Position numbers and translations under genes: made by a program. A stretch of DNA of 64,000 bases from Anaerohalosphaeraceae bacterium (GTDB lineage Bacteria > Planctomycetota > Phycisphaerae > Sedimentisphaerales > Anaerohalosphaeraceae), in assembly GCA_050309605.1 (NCBI GenBank), contig JBNRMN010000020.1:32001-96000 (forward strand), written 5' to 3'. Shown here one piece after another: positions 1 to 8,767 of the stretch (positions within the stretch are counted from its first letter, which is position 1; each line of letters begins with the position of its first letter). The notes beneath the pieces were generated by a model. That model ran no database searches, had not been told where the DNA came from, and was given only the letters and a program-made list of their open reading frames with translations.

Positions 1-207
1 GCTTCCCGTTTGCAGCGGATTGGTGCCGCCCAGATTGCCCGTCGGCCCGGTGGCGCCTCGAATATTTTGACTGAGCAACTCGGCAAAGGTCACCGAACTG
101 CTCTTATAACCGGTGGTGTTGACGTTTGCCAGATTGTTACCGGCCACATCCAGCATGGTCTGATGTGCCTTTAATCCTGATACGGCGGCGGATAATGCTG
201 AGCTCAT
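1..207 (-). CDS. flgE: Flagellar hook protein FlgE, N-terminal part (runs off the window edge)
   Basis: Manual translation gives MSSALSAAVSGLKAHQTMLDVAGNNLANVNTTGYKSSSVTFAELLSQ...GGTNPLQTG, the rod/hook N-terminal signature NNLANxNTxGYK. AGGAG RBS upstream; directly follows flgD. Not in the ORF track. Confidence 0.9.
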   Translation of the reverse strand, partial: MSSALSAAVSGLKAHQTMLDVAGNNLANVNTTGYKSSSVTFAELLSQNIRGATGPTGNLGGTNPLQTGS

Positions 208-248
208 ACAGTTCTCCTGAAACGGTATTCAGTTCCGGGGTTTTCGGT

Positions 249-692
249 TTATTGTTTTATGCCATCAACGGCATCCAGGCGAACATAAAATGCTTCCATG
301 GCCTCCGAACCGTCAGGGTGAGTTACCTGACTTTCCACTTCAAGCGTCAGATGGCCCGATTCATTGAAAAAGACGCGATTGACTTTGCCTTCGAGCATCT
401 GATCGTAATCGTCATAATAATATTCAACGGTTTTGCCCAGCAGGGATTTGGCGTAATCCATCTGTGCCACAAGCATCGCCCCTTCAAAGCTGGAATTCAT
501 CTTTGACATCGTCTCATTCATTGAATCAATGCTGCCGTTCATTTTCTCGGTCAGTTCCAGTTGCGTAAACTGCGCAAGCTGAGCGGCCATTTGCTGGTTG
601 TCCATCGGCTCCAGCGGATTCTGATGCCGAAGCTCCGTCACCAGCAGCGTCATAAAGTCAATCTTTTGTTGTGCCGAACTAATCAATGTCAT
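249..692 (-). CDS. flgD: Flagellar hook capping protein FlgD
   Basis: DFMTLLVTELRHQNPLEPMDNQQMAAQLAQFTQLE is the FlgD motif. Start set at ATG 692, downstream of the sigma54 promoter. Confidence 0.9.
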   Translation of the reverse strand: MTLISSAQQKIDFMTLLVTELRHQNPLEPMDNQQMAAQLAQFTQLELTEKMNGSIDSMNETMSKMNSSFEGAMLVAQMDYAKSLLGKTVEYYYDDYDQMLEGKVNRVFFNESGHLTLEVESQVTHPDGSEAMEAFYVRLDAVDGIKQ

Positions 693-759
693 CACGTGAT
701 TCCCATGTTCATTGCGGTTCACATCGGCCCGAAAAAACACGTTGCCAATAAGGACCGTT

Positions 760-775
760 TGCAATTGGTGTGCCG
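760..775 (-). promoter_or_regulatory. Sigma54 (-24/-12) promoter for flgD-flgE
   Basis: Minus strand reads CGGCACACCAATTGCA (GG-N10-GC), about 70 bp upstream of the flgD start and next to a sigma54 activator gene. Confidence 0.75.
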
Positions 776-817
776 CGCCATCGAAAAATATCCCCAGAAT
801 GATCTTATTTCGCGCAT

Positions 818-830
818 AATCAAAGACTTA
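818..830 (+). promoter_or_regulatory. IHF-type binding site
   Basis: AATCAAAGACTTA matches WATCAANNNNTTR; it lies between the sigma54 promoter and the candidate enhancer palindromes. Confidence 0.5.
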
Positions 831-964
831 CAGAATATTTGCAAAGCTTGCTAAAAGGCGGCGATTGTTTAATCTCTGAATAGTCCGGCAAAATTTTCCG
901 CGCACAGACCTGCTTTAGCCCGCCTAAAACGTCCGATAACTCAACCGGCCGGACAACAAATCTT

Positions 965-987
965 GTCCAATAAAATTTTTATTGGAC
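965..987. promoter_or_regulatory. Perfect palindrome, candidate activator/operator site
   Basis: GTCCAATAAAA-T-TTTTATTGGAC with 11-bp arms; a related 23-mer GTCCGGCAAAATTTTCCGCGCAC lies at 883-905. Confidence 0.5.
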
Positions 988-1092
988 CGTCCCATAAAAA
1001 ATTAAAGTTTTTCTCCCGGTTAAGCCGACATCATCATTACTTTGGTATCGGAGCAGTATCGAAACGAAAATCCCTTTTTGAGTACAAGGAAT

Positions 1093-2481
1093 ATGGCTGT
1101 TGACAAGATTCTGGTTGTAGGGAAACATCCTGAAGCGCAGCAATTGGCTCGTCCTTTCGCTGCTGAGTTGTATGCCGCCGATGATATCGGAGCCATTCAA
1201 CAGGTCGTCAGCACGATTGAACCGGACGTAATTGTATATGACGCCGCGATACCAAGCGAGGCAATAGCACAAAGCACCCGACTGCTCCAACGCGACAACA
1301 TCCACATCCCCGCCGTCATCATTCGTGAACAAGAGGACAAAGAAGACGAACACACGCTGCGTCAAATCGGTATTCTCAATATTGTTTTCGGCTATGCCGA
1401 CGCACGGCGAATGGGGGTCATCATGGACCGCCTGCTCAACGGTCCGGCCGACAGCGATGACCGTTTTTTTGTTGAGGACTGCCCGCCGGCTGTGTCGATT
1501 GTCGGGAAAAGCGAAGCCATGCAGCGCACCGTCCGGATGATTCGACTGGTGGCTCAAAGCGCCTGCAACCCTATCCTGATTGTCGGCGAAACCGGCACCG
1601 GAAAGGAACTGGCCGCTCAGGCCGTCCACCTGATGCGCTACGGCGACGAGCGTCCATTTGTCGCAGTCAATTGCGCCGCCCTGACTGCCACTCTGCTGGA
1701 AAGCGAGCTGTTCGGCCACGTCAAAGGCGCCTTTACCGGCGCCGAACGCGACAAAACAGGACTTTTGGAGTTGGCCGGCGAGGGAACGATCTTTCTCGAT
1801 GAGATCAGCGAGATGCAGCCTGAGTTGCAGGCCAAGCTGCTTCGCGTGCTTCAGGAAAAGACCTTCCGCAAAGTCGGCGGCAGCGAAGAAATCGAATGCA
1901 AAGCCACAATTGTCGTCTCCAGCAATCGCAATCTGCTCAATGAGGTCGAACAGGGCAAGTTCCGCCGGGACTTGTACTATCGGCTGTCCATTTGTCCGAT
2001 CGCGCTGGCGCCGCTCCGCTGCGAAAGCCGCAGGGACGATATTCTCCTGCTGGCTGAATTTTTCATCCGCAACTCAACTATCTGCCCTGAAAAGAAGGGA
2101 CGCATCAAGGGATTGACCAAGCTGGCCGCCGAGATGCTGCTGCGCCACCACTGGCCGGGCAATGTCCGCGAACTGCGCAATGTCATCGAACGGGCGATTT
2201 TGCTTGAAGCCAGCGACCGGATCGGCACCAGCACGCTCATTCTAAACCCCGAACAGTCGAATCCGCTGCAAACGCCGGAACCCGGAACGGGAGGCCTGAA
2301 GGACTTTTCGCTCGAAAAAGCTGAAAAAGAACTGGTTAAAAAGGCAATGGAGGAGGCCGGCTGGCAAAAAACCCGCGCCGCCTCACTGCTGGGCATCACC
2401 CGCGCGACCCTCTATGCCAAGCTCAAGCAATACAACATCCAGGAACCGGCCCAGGAACACAACGTCCCCCAGCCGGTATAA
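1093..2481 (+). CDS. Sigma54-dependent enhancer-binding activator (degenerate receiver + AAA+ + Fis-type HTH), probable flagellar regulator
   Basis: Walker [39 protein letters not shown] and C-terminal [21 protein letters not shown] before ATG 1093. Confidence 0.9.
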   Translation: MAVDKILVVGKHPEAQQLARPFAAELYAADDIGAIQQVVSTIEPDVIVYDAAIPSEAIAQSTRLLQRDNIHIPAVIIREQEDKEDEHTLRQIGILNIVFGYADARRMGVIMDRLLNGPADSDDRFFVEDCPPAVSIVGKSEAMQRTVRMIRLVAQSACNPILIVGETGTGKELAAQAVHLMRYGDERPFVAVNCAALTATLLESELFGHVKGAFTGAERDKTGLLELAGEGTIFLDEISEMQPELQAKLLRVLQEKTFRKVGGSEEIECKATIVVSSNRNLLNEVEQGKFRRDLYYRLSICPIALAPLRCESRRDDILLLAEFFIRNSTICPEKKGRIKGLTKLAAEMLLRHHWPGNVRELRNVIERAILLEASDRIGTSTLILNPEQSNPLQTPEPGTGGLKDFSLEKAEKELVKKAMEEAGWQKTRAASLLGITRATLYAKLKQYNIQEPAQEHNVPQPV

Positions 2482-2495
2482 CAGCGTACACTCTG

Positions 2496-2537
2496 AATTC
2501 ACAATTCACAATTCACAATTCTAAATTCTATATTCTA
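2496..2537 (+). repeat. Intergenic heptamer tandem repeat (AATTCAC)3(AATTCTA)2(TATTCTA)
   Basis: Read directly between two convergent genes; the last unit overlaps the exbD stop codon. Confidence 0.8.
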
Positions 2538-2996
2538 CCTCCCCCGCACCGCCCAGTCCACGTCCGTTGCGGTACTGCGGGCAATCCCTTCGAGGACAGG
2601 ACGGACATTGCCGAATACCGCCGTTCTGTCGCAGCGCAATCGAACGATTCGAGGCTGGTCGGGCGGAGTATCGCGATAATGCTCGTCAATCGCCGCAGTA
2701 ATTAACGCCGACACATCCGCCGCATCGGTCGTATTCAGACGTTCATGGTCCACCGCATACAGCACGTCCGGACCCTGCGGCGCAACGGTCAGCGTCAGCA
2801 ATCGTTGATCTTCCCGCAGCGCCACGGCCGAGACAATCTGTTCGGGAACCTGCACACGGAACCGGTCTGCAACGATAAACTGACAGACCAGCATAAAAAA
2901 GATAATCAGCAGAAACACGACATCGATCACAGGCGTCATATCAAACGCCTCGCCCTCAATGTCCGAAAACCGACGATGCAAAAAACGTCCGGTCAT
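2535..2996 (-). CDS. exbD: ExbD/TolR family biopolymer transport protein
   Basis: DMTPVIDVVFLLIIFFML transmembrane motif and C-terminal LRCDR. Confidence 0.85.
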   Translation of the reverse strand: MTGRFLHRRFSDIEGEAFDMTPVIDVVFLLIIFFMLVCQFIVADRFRVQVPEQIVSAVALREDQRLLTLTVAPQGPDVLYAVDHERLNTTDAADVSALITAAIDEHYRDTPPDQPRIVRLRCDRTAVFGNVRPVLEGIARSTATDVDWAVRGR

Positions 2997-3009
2997 TGGG
3001 TCTCCTGGC

Positions 3010-3858
3010 TTACGAACGCGGCGGTTCGGTCATATACAAAATATCCTGAACACGTTCAGCCTCGTTGTCGTCGGTCTCATCTTGATCGTCTTTTTTCCCC
3101 TTAGACCTTGACCCGGCAGCGTGTCCGGAGGTGTTCTGCTTGGCGGTGACACGTTGAATCTTGAAAATTTGCCCCAGCAGCACATCCGTTTCAATCGCCG
3201 CCTCGCCGATACAAGCCTCGATCCGCGATCGAAAGATGCCGTAGCAGAACAACGCCGGGATCGCGACCATCAGCCCCCAAAACGTCGTCACCAGCGCGAC
3301 CGAAATCGCCGCGGCAAGCTGGTCATAGGCGGGCTGGCCGTCGGTCATTCCCAACAGATTGAACGCCCGAATCATCCCGAAAACCGTCCCGAACAGCCCC
3401 ACCATCGGGGCGACGCTGCCGATAATCTGGCACCACTCGGCCTTTCGCAGCAGCCGCTGACCGATTTCCTGAAGCGACTCGGCCGCAAACTGGCGCACCG
3501 ATGCGGCATCCGAATGAAGCTGCTGGCTCCGCTGAAATGCTCCAATCACCGCACGACTGACCAGCGCGGGACGACGGCCGAACCGCTCGGCCAGCCTGAC
3601 CGTTCCGTATTGAGCCGCATGCGCCGCAATCCGTGAGGCCAAGTCAGCCGGCAGCAAACGCTTCCGCCGTATGCTGAGCATCAATTCAATCGCCAAATAC
3701 ACCACCGCCACCGACATCGGCAGCAGGATAAACCAGACAATCGGCCCGCCGGCCGCGAAGAAATGCTCATACAGGCTCACACCGCCCGGCGCAGAGGCCG
3801 CTGCCGTGAAGAATTTGAGACGTATGGCTGCTTCAGAAACAAAGTATAACATATCCAT
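3010..3858 (-). CDS. exbB: MotA/TolQ/ExbB proton channel protein
   Basis: APMVGLFGTVFGMIRAF and AISVALVTTFWGLMVAIPA motifs; adjacent to exbD. Start uncertain. Confidence 0.85.
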   Translation of the reverse strand: MDMLYFVSEAAIRLKFFTAAASAPGGVSLYEHFFAAGGPIVWFILLPMSVAVVYLAIELMLSIRRKRLLPADLASRIAAHAAQYGTVRLAERFGRRPALVSRAVIGAFQRSQQLHSDAASVRQFAAESLQEIGQRLLRKAEWCQIIGSVAPMVGLFGTVFGMIRAFNLLGMTDGQPAYDQLAAAISVALVTTFWGLMVAIPALFCYGIFRSRIEACIGEAAIETDVLLGQIFKIQRVTAKQNTSGHAAGSRSKGKKDDQDETDDNEAERVQDILYMTEPPRS

Positions 3859-3879
3859 TTCTTCTCTGTAAGTTTAGCA

Positions 3880-3927
3880 TGGCACGGATGTAAGCACCCG
3901 TGAACACGGCCAAGCAGGCCGTACCGC
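3880..3927. repeat. REP-like double hairpin
   Basis: TGGCACGG-N-CCGTG-AA-CACGGCCAAGCAGGCCGTACCGC; similar units at 7639-7684 and 35346-35392. Confidence 0.5.
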
Positions 3928-4394
3928 AAAAAAACAAACTCCTTGTAAACTATCTCGATTCTTCATCTTGGGGTTGTTTTGGCAATTATACACCGGACTG
4001 TCGATGGCGAAAAGCCCCAAAACCGATTTTAATTTAAGACCCCATTATAAAAAGGTTTATGAATGGAAAATGGCCCCATCAAAGGGATTGACACGTGACT
4101 TTACAAGGAGTTGGACACTCTTCACGAATCCAAAAAGCCAATTCGCACACCCCAGGCAAATCCCGTCACGCCCATGGATACGCACCAATCAATCCCAACA
4201 TCCCATCGCTTGAAGACAAAGCTTACACGTTACGAGAACGTCGTTATTGAAATCAGCGTAAGCAAAATATCCCGACATTTTAAGGGTTTTCCCAATAGCC
4301 ATTTCGAGGGTCTTTTGTAGTATTCAAAGGCATACTGTAACAAATGGCAAATAACCGTATGCCGAAAAATACTTAATCCGGAAAGGAGAAAACC

Positions 4395-5000
4395 ATGTAT
4401 CAGAAAAATGAAATAGTAAAGGGATTGTGTTTGTTTTTGCTGCTGGGCTGCACCGCTCTGGGACAATGGGATTTTCAGGCGTTTTTGACCGGTTCGGCCG
4501 AAGTGCCGCCGAACGATTCCACTGCCACCGGTACGGCAGCACTTGTGCTCAATGCCGAGCAGACCCGCTTGACCATCCATTTGACCCTGTTCGGCCTGGA
4601 TCTTAACGAGGTGACCGGCCTGCATATTCATAATGCTCCGGCAGGCGTCAATGGAGGTGTAGTCTTTGGATTTGTCGGCATCAACAATGATCTTAACGGC
4701 GACTTGGTTATTGACGCCGAAGCCGGAACGGTTTTTTCGGCTTGGGATCTTTCGGAAGGCAATAACACAACCCTGGCGGACCAATTAAACAATCTGTTTG
4801 ACGGCAACCTTTATATCAATGTCCATACACCGGCCCATCCCGGCGGTGAAATCCGCGGACAGATTGTCCCCGAGCCTGCAACCGTAACACTGATGCTGCT
4901 GGGGGGACTTGGGGTGCTCCGAAAACGTCGAGGCGCTTTGCGAAACCGCCCACAAGAAGTCAGGCTGTTTCACACTCGGCAATTACAACCTCTCTTTTAA
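4395..5000 (+). CDS. Secreted CHRD-domain protein with PEP-CTERM sorting signal
   Basis: Signal peptide; LTGSAEVPP, HIH and LYINVHTPAHPGGEIRGQI (CHRD); then VPEPAT, a transmembrane helix and RKRR. GGAG RBS. Confidence 0.85.
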   Translation: MYQKNEIVKGLCLFLLLGCTALGQWDFQAFLTGSAEVPPNDSTATGTAALVLNAEQTRLTIHLTLFGLDLNEVTGLHIHNAPAGVNGGVVFGFVGINNDLNGDLVIDAEAGTVFSAWDLSEGNNTTLADQLNNLFDGNLYINVHTPAHPGGEIRGQIVPEPATVTLMLLGGLGVLRKRRGALRNRPQEVRLFHTRQLQPLF

Positions 5001-5017
5001 CGTGAAAGGAAATGACA

Positions 5018-5697
5018 ATGAAAAACAATGCGAACATAATAATATCTGTCTTTCTGATGATCGCGGGCCATGCCCTTGCCGTCTATTCCCATGTTGAAGA
5101 CTGGGAAGGAGGTACGGCGGCCGGATGGACAGGCAATACAACCAGTTCAGTGGTGGTCTATGTTGCAAACGGAGGCAATCCGGATGGCCACATTCAAACA
5201 CGCAGAGGCGGCGTCGATGATTTTGATATTGGCGCCATGACGGATATACCGGATTTCACGGGAAATTACATTGCCGCCGGCATTACCGGCGCATCCGTAG
5301 ATGTGATCTTCATCACGGGCGCTTTTTTGATGGCGCCTGGCTCCGCTTTCGCTATCAGGATGCCGCACAGAACGGCTGGCGCTATCCGCTGACCGCCGTG
5401 TTTCCGGATACCTGGCAGACCTATTCGGTGCTTTTCAATCCCGCGTGGTCCGATTTGGATGCTCGAGCGGCGGGGTGGATTACGGATGATGATGTGGACC
5501 CTGCGGCTGACCCCAGCGCCTCATTTGCGGCAACGATGGCCAATGTCTATACGGTCGAAGTCCGCATTGCAGGCGACGGCAGCCTGATTGCAGGGATTGA
5601 CAATTTCGCCGTTATTCCCGAACCGGCTTCGATTCTGCTTTTCGGGGCAGGGGCAGTCGCCATGATAAAAAAACGGCTTATCCGAATAATGCGTTGA
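5018..5697 (+). pseudogene. PEP-CTERM surface protein split by a frameshift at a T6 run (5323-5328)
   Basis: The signal-peptide ORF (to ...ITGAF) continues in another frame as DGAWLRFRYQDAAQNGWRYPLTAVFPDTW...IPEPASILLFGAGAVAMIKKR. One extra T restores a single ORF. Confidence 0.75.
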
Positions 5698-5732
5698 CGG
5701 GTTTGTATATCCCGTAACCTGCATGCAAAACG

Positions 5733-5763
5733 AAAAGCCTCGACCTGTTCAGATCGAGGCTTT
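5733..5763. terminator. Probable bidirectional intrinsic terminator
   Basis: AAAGCCTCGA...TCGAGGCTTT stem between convergent genes. Confidence 0.6.
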
Positions 5764-5799
5764 ATTATTCTGGATATACATCCAAATTGGCAATGCCCT

Positions 5800-7605
5800 T
5801 TATCCGAGTTCGGGGACGGGACCGGCAAGCACTTCATATTCGCGGAAGGTGCTCTTGTCGCCGCTTTTGACCTGTTCGGCCCAGGCCTTGATCTGTGCGG
5901 CGGTGCGGAGGATATAGCGCCGCGCCAGTATTCGTTTGCGCTGAGTCATAGGCAGCTTTTTCGGGGTCTCGGCGTCGCCGGATTCAGCGGCGGCGACCTC
6001 GAACTGCACCGTGCTGGAGGCCTGGCCGCAGAACAGATAGCCGTTGATCAAGGCAATGGCCATATCCACCAGCGGACGTCCGACCAGGTCCATATAATCG
6101 ACGCCCTGTTCCTTAACAAAGTCAATGCACTGTTTGAGCGTTTGTTTGCCCTCGGCCAGCAGAGCCAGGAGGTCTTTGACGCCGTCGGCATAGTCCAGCG
6201 CCGCCAGTTCGTCGAGATATTTTTCGACCGTGCCGCCGCAGACGCCGCGTACCGCCGCGACCACCTGAAGCTGACTGGTACCTTCGTAAATCGTGGTAAT
6301 GCGGGCATCGCGTGCGAGGCGTTCACTGGCATAGTCCCGCATATAGCCGCTGCCGCCGAGCACCTGAATGGCGTCATAGGTCACGGTGTTGCACATTTCC
6401 GAGCAGTAGTATTTGCTCATCGGGGTCAGCATCGCCGCGAGTCGCTTGACCTTGCGCAGTGCCTGCTTGGCCTCTTTGGCCGCAGCCGGGTCGTTGTCGG
6501 GGCTTTCGACGATCTTGTTCAACCCCAGTTCAAAGTCCACCACGCGGCTGGTTTCATAAAGCAGTGCGCGGCCGGCCTCAATTTGCATCTTCATATCAAT
6601 GACCATATCACGCACGGCCGGGAGCTTTTCAATGGGGCCGCCGAACTGCTGTCGGCTGGCCGCATAGTCCCGGGCAATCCGCCAGGCCGCCTCGGCAATA
6701 CCCATCGACTGGCCGGCGATGCCGATACGGGCGCCGTTCATCAAACTCATCACATACGTGACCAGGCCGCGCTGCCGTTCACCAATCAGTCGGCACGGCG
6801 TATTGTCGAAATACAGCTCACAGGTCGGCGAGCCGTGGATGCCCAGCTTGTCTTCCAGCCGCCGCACCTTGACACTCGGACCGCGATCGCAGACGAACAG
6901 ACTCAGCCCCAGACCGCCGCTGCGATCCGGCTCTGAGCGGGCCAGGACGAGCAGTACTTCGCCGCAGCCGTTCGTGATGAACCGCTTGACGCCATGCAGA
7001 TACCAATTGCCGTCGTCATCCTGAAAAGCCCGCAGCTTGACTGCCTGCAAATCCGATCCGGCGTCCGGCTCGGTCAGTACCATCGCGCCGGTCACCTTGC
7101 CGGCGGCAAAATTCGGCAGATAATGCTGCTTGATATCCTCGTCGGCAAAAAAGTGGATCGTCTCGGCGATGCCCTGGAGTCCGAAGATGTTCATCAGTGA
7201 TGCGTCAGCGCGCGAGACGATCTCAATTGCGATGGAGTAAATCAAATTCGGAAAGTTCAGCCCGCCAAATCGATGCGGCAGCGTAAAGCCCATCACATCG
7301 GCCTTGGCCAGCGCATTAAGCGACTCGGCGATGCCTTGGGCATAGCTGACCGTTCCGTCCGGATTCAGGATATTGCCTTGCCGATCAATGTCTTCGCTGC
7401 GCGGCGCAATAAAATCAGCGCTGAGCTTGCCCAGTGCATCGAGCACCAGATCATAATTGGTGATCGCTTCCTGCGCATCCTGGGGAGCGGTTTCAAACTG
7501 TCCGGCGTATTTGAAGCCTTCCTCGGCATAGGCGGCGACTTGGCCGATGTCCAGATGTCTGAACAAAAACTGAATATCGTCGTTATCTCGATAAAAATTT
7601 CCCAT
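5800..7605 (-). CDS. Acyl-CoA dehydrogenase
   Basis: MVLTEPDAGSDL, GVKRFITNG, KLGIHGSPT, IQVLGGSGY and TIYEGTSQLQ motifs; in an operon with etfBA. Confidence 0.92.
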   Translation of the reverse strand: MGNFYRDNDDIQFLFRHLDIGQVAAYAEEGFKYAGQFETAPQDAQEAITNYDLVLDALGKLSADFIAPRSEDIDRQGNILNPDGTVSYAQGIAESLNALAKADVMGFTLPHRFGGLNFPNLIYSIAIEIVSRADASLMNIFGLQGIAETIHFFADEDIKQHYLPNFAAGKVTGAMVLTEPDAGSDLQAVKLRAFQDDDGNWYLHGVKRFITNGCGEVLLVLARSEPDRSGGLGLSLFVCDRGPSVKVRRLEDKLGIHGSPTCELYFDNTPCRLIGERQRGLVTYVMSLMNGARIGIAGQSMGIAEAAWRIARDYAASRQQFGGPIEKLPAVRDMVIDMKMQIEAGRALLYETSRVVDFELGLNKIVESPDNDPAAAKEAKQALRKVKRLAAMLTPMSKYYCSEMCNTVTYDAIQVLGGSGYMRDYASERLARDARITTIYEGTSQLQVVAAVRGVCGGTVEKYLDELAALDYADGVKDLLALLAEGKQTLKQCIDFVKEQGVDYMDLVGRPLVDMAIALINGYLFCGQASSTVQFEVAAAESGDAETPKKLPMTQRKRILARRYILRTAAQIKAWAEQVKSGDKSTFREYEVLAGPVPELG

Positions 7606-7638
7606 GGTTCATTCCATCCCTTAAATCAATCTGCTTAT

Positions 7639-7684
7639 ACACGGTCGTCTTGTCCGTGTTCGGCGGGCAGGATGCCCGCGCCAC
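7639..7684. repeat. REP-like double hairpin
   Basis: ACACGG-TCGTCTTGT-CCGTGT followed by GCGGGCAGGATGCCCGCGCCAC between etfA and the dehydrogenase gene. Confidence 0.55.
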
Positions 7685-8713
7685 TTATACTTTTTCCTTG
7701 ATGGCTTTAATCATCATCGGAATGACCTGCATCAGATCGCCGACGATTTTATAGTGCGCAATACTGAAGATCGGCGCTTCGGGGTCATTGTTGATGGCGA
7801 TGATCTTCTGGCTTTCGCTCATTCCGGCCTGATGCTGAATAGCGCCGCTGATGCCGGCGGCCACATACAGAATCGGCCGCACGGTCGTCCCTGTCTGACC
7901 GATTTGATGGTCGCGGTCAATAAAACCCAGATCAACGGCGGCGCGGGTGGCTCCGGGCGCTGCGCCCAGACAATGGGCCAGATCCCAGATGAGTTTGAAG
8001 TTGTCTTTGCTGCCGACGCCGGCGCCGCCGGCGACGATGACGCGTGAGGCCTTGAGGTTGACTTTGCGCTGCTGGCGATGCTCGGCCAAAATCTCAATGG
8101 CCAAATCGTCCTGCGACAGATGCACAGTTTCTTTGACGACCTGCGCCTTTTTGCTGACATTCGGCGTCGGCATCGGCATAACACCCTCGCGCACAGTGGC
8201 CATCTGCGGCCAGCGGTCATAATTGATGATCGTCGCGATGATATTGCCCCCGAAGGCCGGGCGAATCTGAAGCAGCAGATTCTCGAAGACCTGACCGGTT
8301 TTTTTGATCTCATGGCTGCCGATTTGCAGATCGGTGCAGTCGGCGGTCAGTCCGGCTTTCATCGTACTGGCCACACGCGGCGCCAGATCGCGCCCGCAGG
8401 GAGAAGCGCCATACAGCACAATCTGCGGTTTATATTTTTCAATCAGACCGCAGATGATTTTGGCGTAACTGCCGGTCTGATAATGCTCAAGCAGCGGATG
8501 CTCGGCCAGATAGACCTTGTCGGCCCCGTAATGGCCGAGCCGTTCACACTGATCGGCGACCTGACTGCCGAGCAAAACAGCCGCCAGCGGGACGTTAAGT
8601 TTGTCGGCCAATTCGCGTCCCTTGCTCATCAGCTCAACGGGGACTTCTTCCAGCTTGCCGGCGTGCTGCTCGGCAAAGATCCACACCTCTCCCTGTTTAT
8701 TGACTTCTATCAT
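7685..8713 (-). CDS. etfA: Electron transfer flavoprotein alpha subunit
   Basis: GLTADCT, RPAFGGN, QIGQTG and GISGAIQH motifs. Start set at ATG 8713 with an AAGGA RBS. Confidence 0.93.
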   Translation of the reverse strand: MIEVNKQGEVWIFAEQHAGKLEEVPVELMSKGRELADKLNVPLAAVLLGSQVADQCERLGHYGADKVYLAEHPLLEHYQTGSYAKIICGLIEKYKPQIVLYGASPCGRDLAPRVASTMKAGLTADCTDLQIGSHEIKKTGQVFENLLLQIRPAFGGNIIATIINYDRWPQMATVREGVMPMPTPNVSKKAQVVKETVHLSQDDLAIEILAEHRQQRKVNLKASRVIVAGGAGVGSKDNFKLIWDLAHCLGAAPGATRAAVDLGFIDRDHQIGQTGTTVRPILYVAAGISGAIQHQAGMSESQKIIAINNDPEAPIFSIAHYKIVGDLMQVIPMMIKAIKEKV

Positions 8714-8767
8714 CTTAATATCCTTATCGATTCGCCGTCTGTCTATCACTGAATACTGAAAACCAAC

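Noticed and set aside
3010..3858. MotA flagellar stator, given the proximity to flg genes
   Set aside because: The partner has the ExbD 'TPxIDVVFLLIIFF' motif and no OmpA-like peptidoglycan-binding domain, so the pair is ExbBD/TolQR-type.
3880..3896. TGGCACGGATGTAAGC as a sigma54 promoter
   Set aside because: GG-to-GC spacing is 11, not 10; it lies within a REP-like hairpin and is far from any co-oriented gene.
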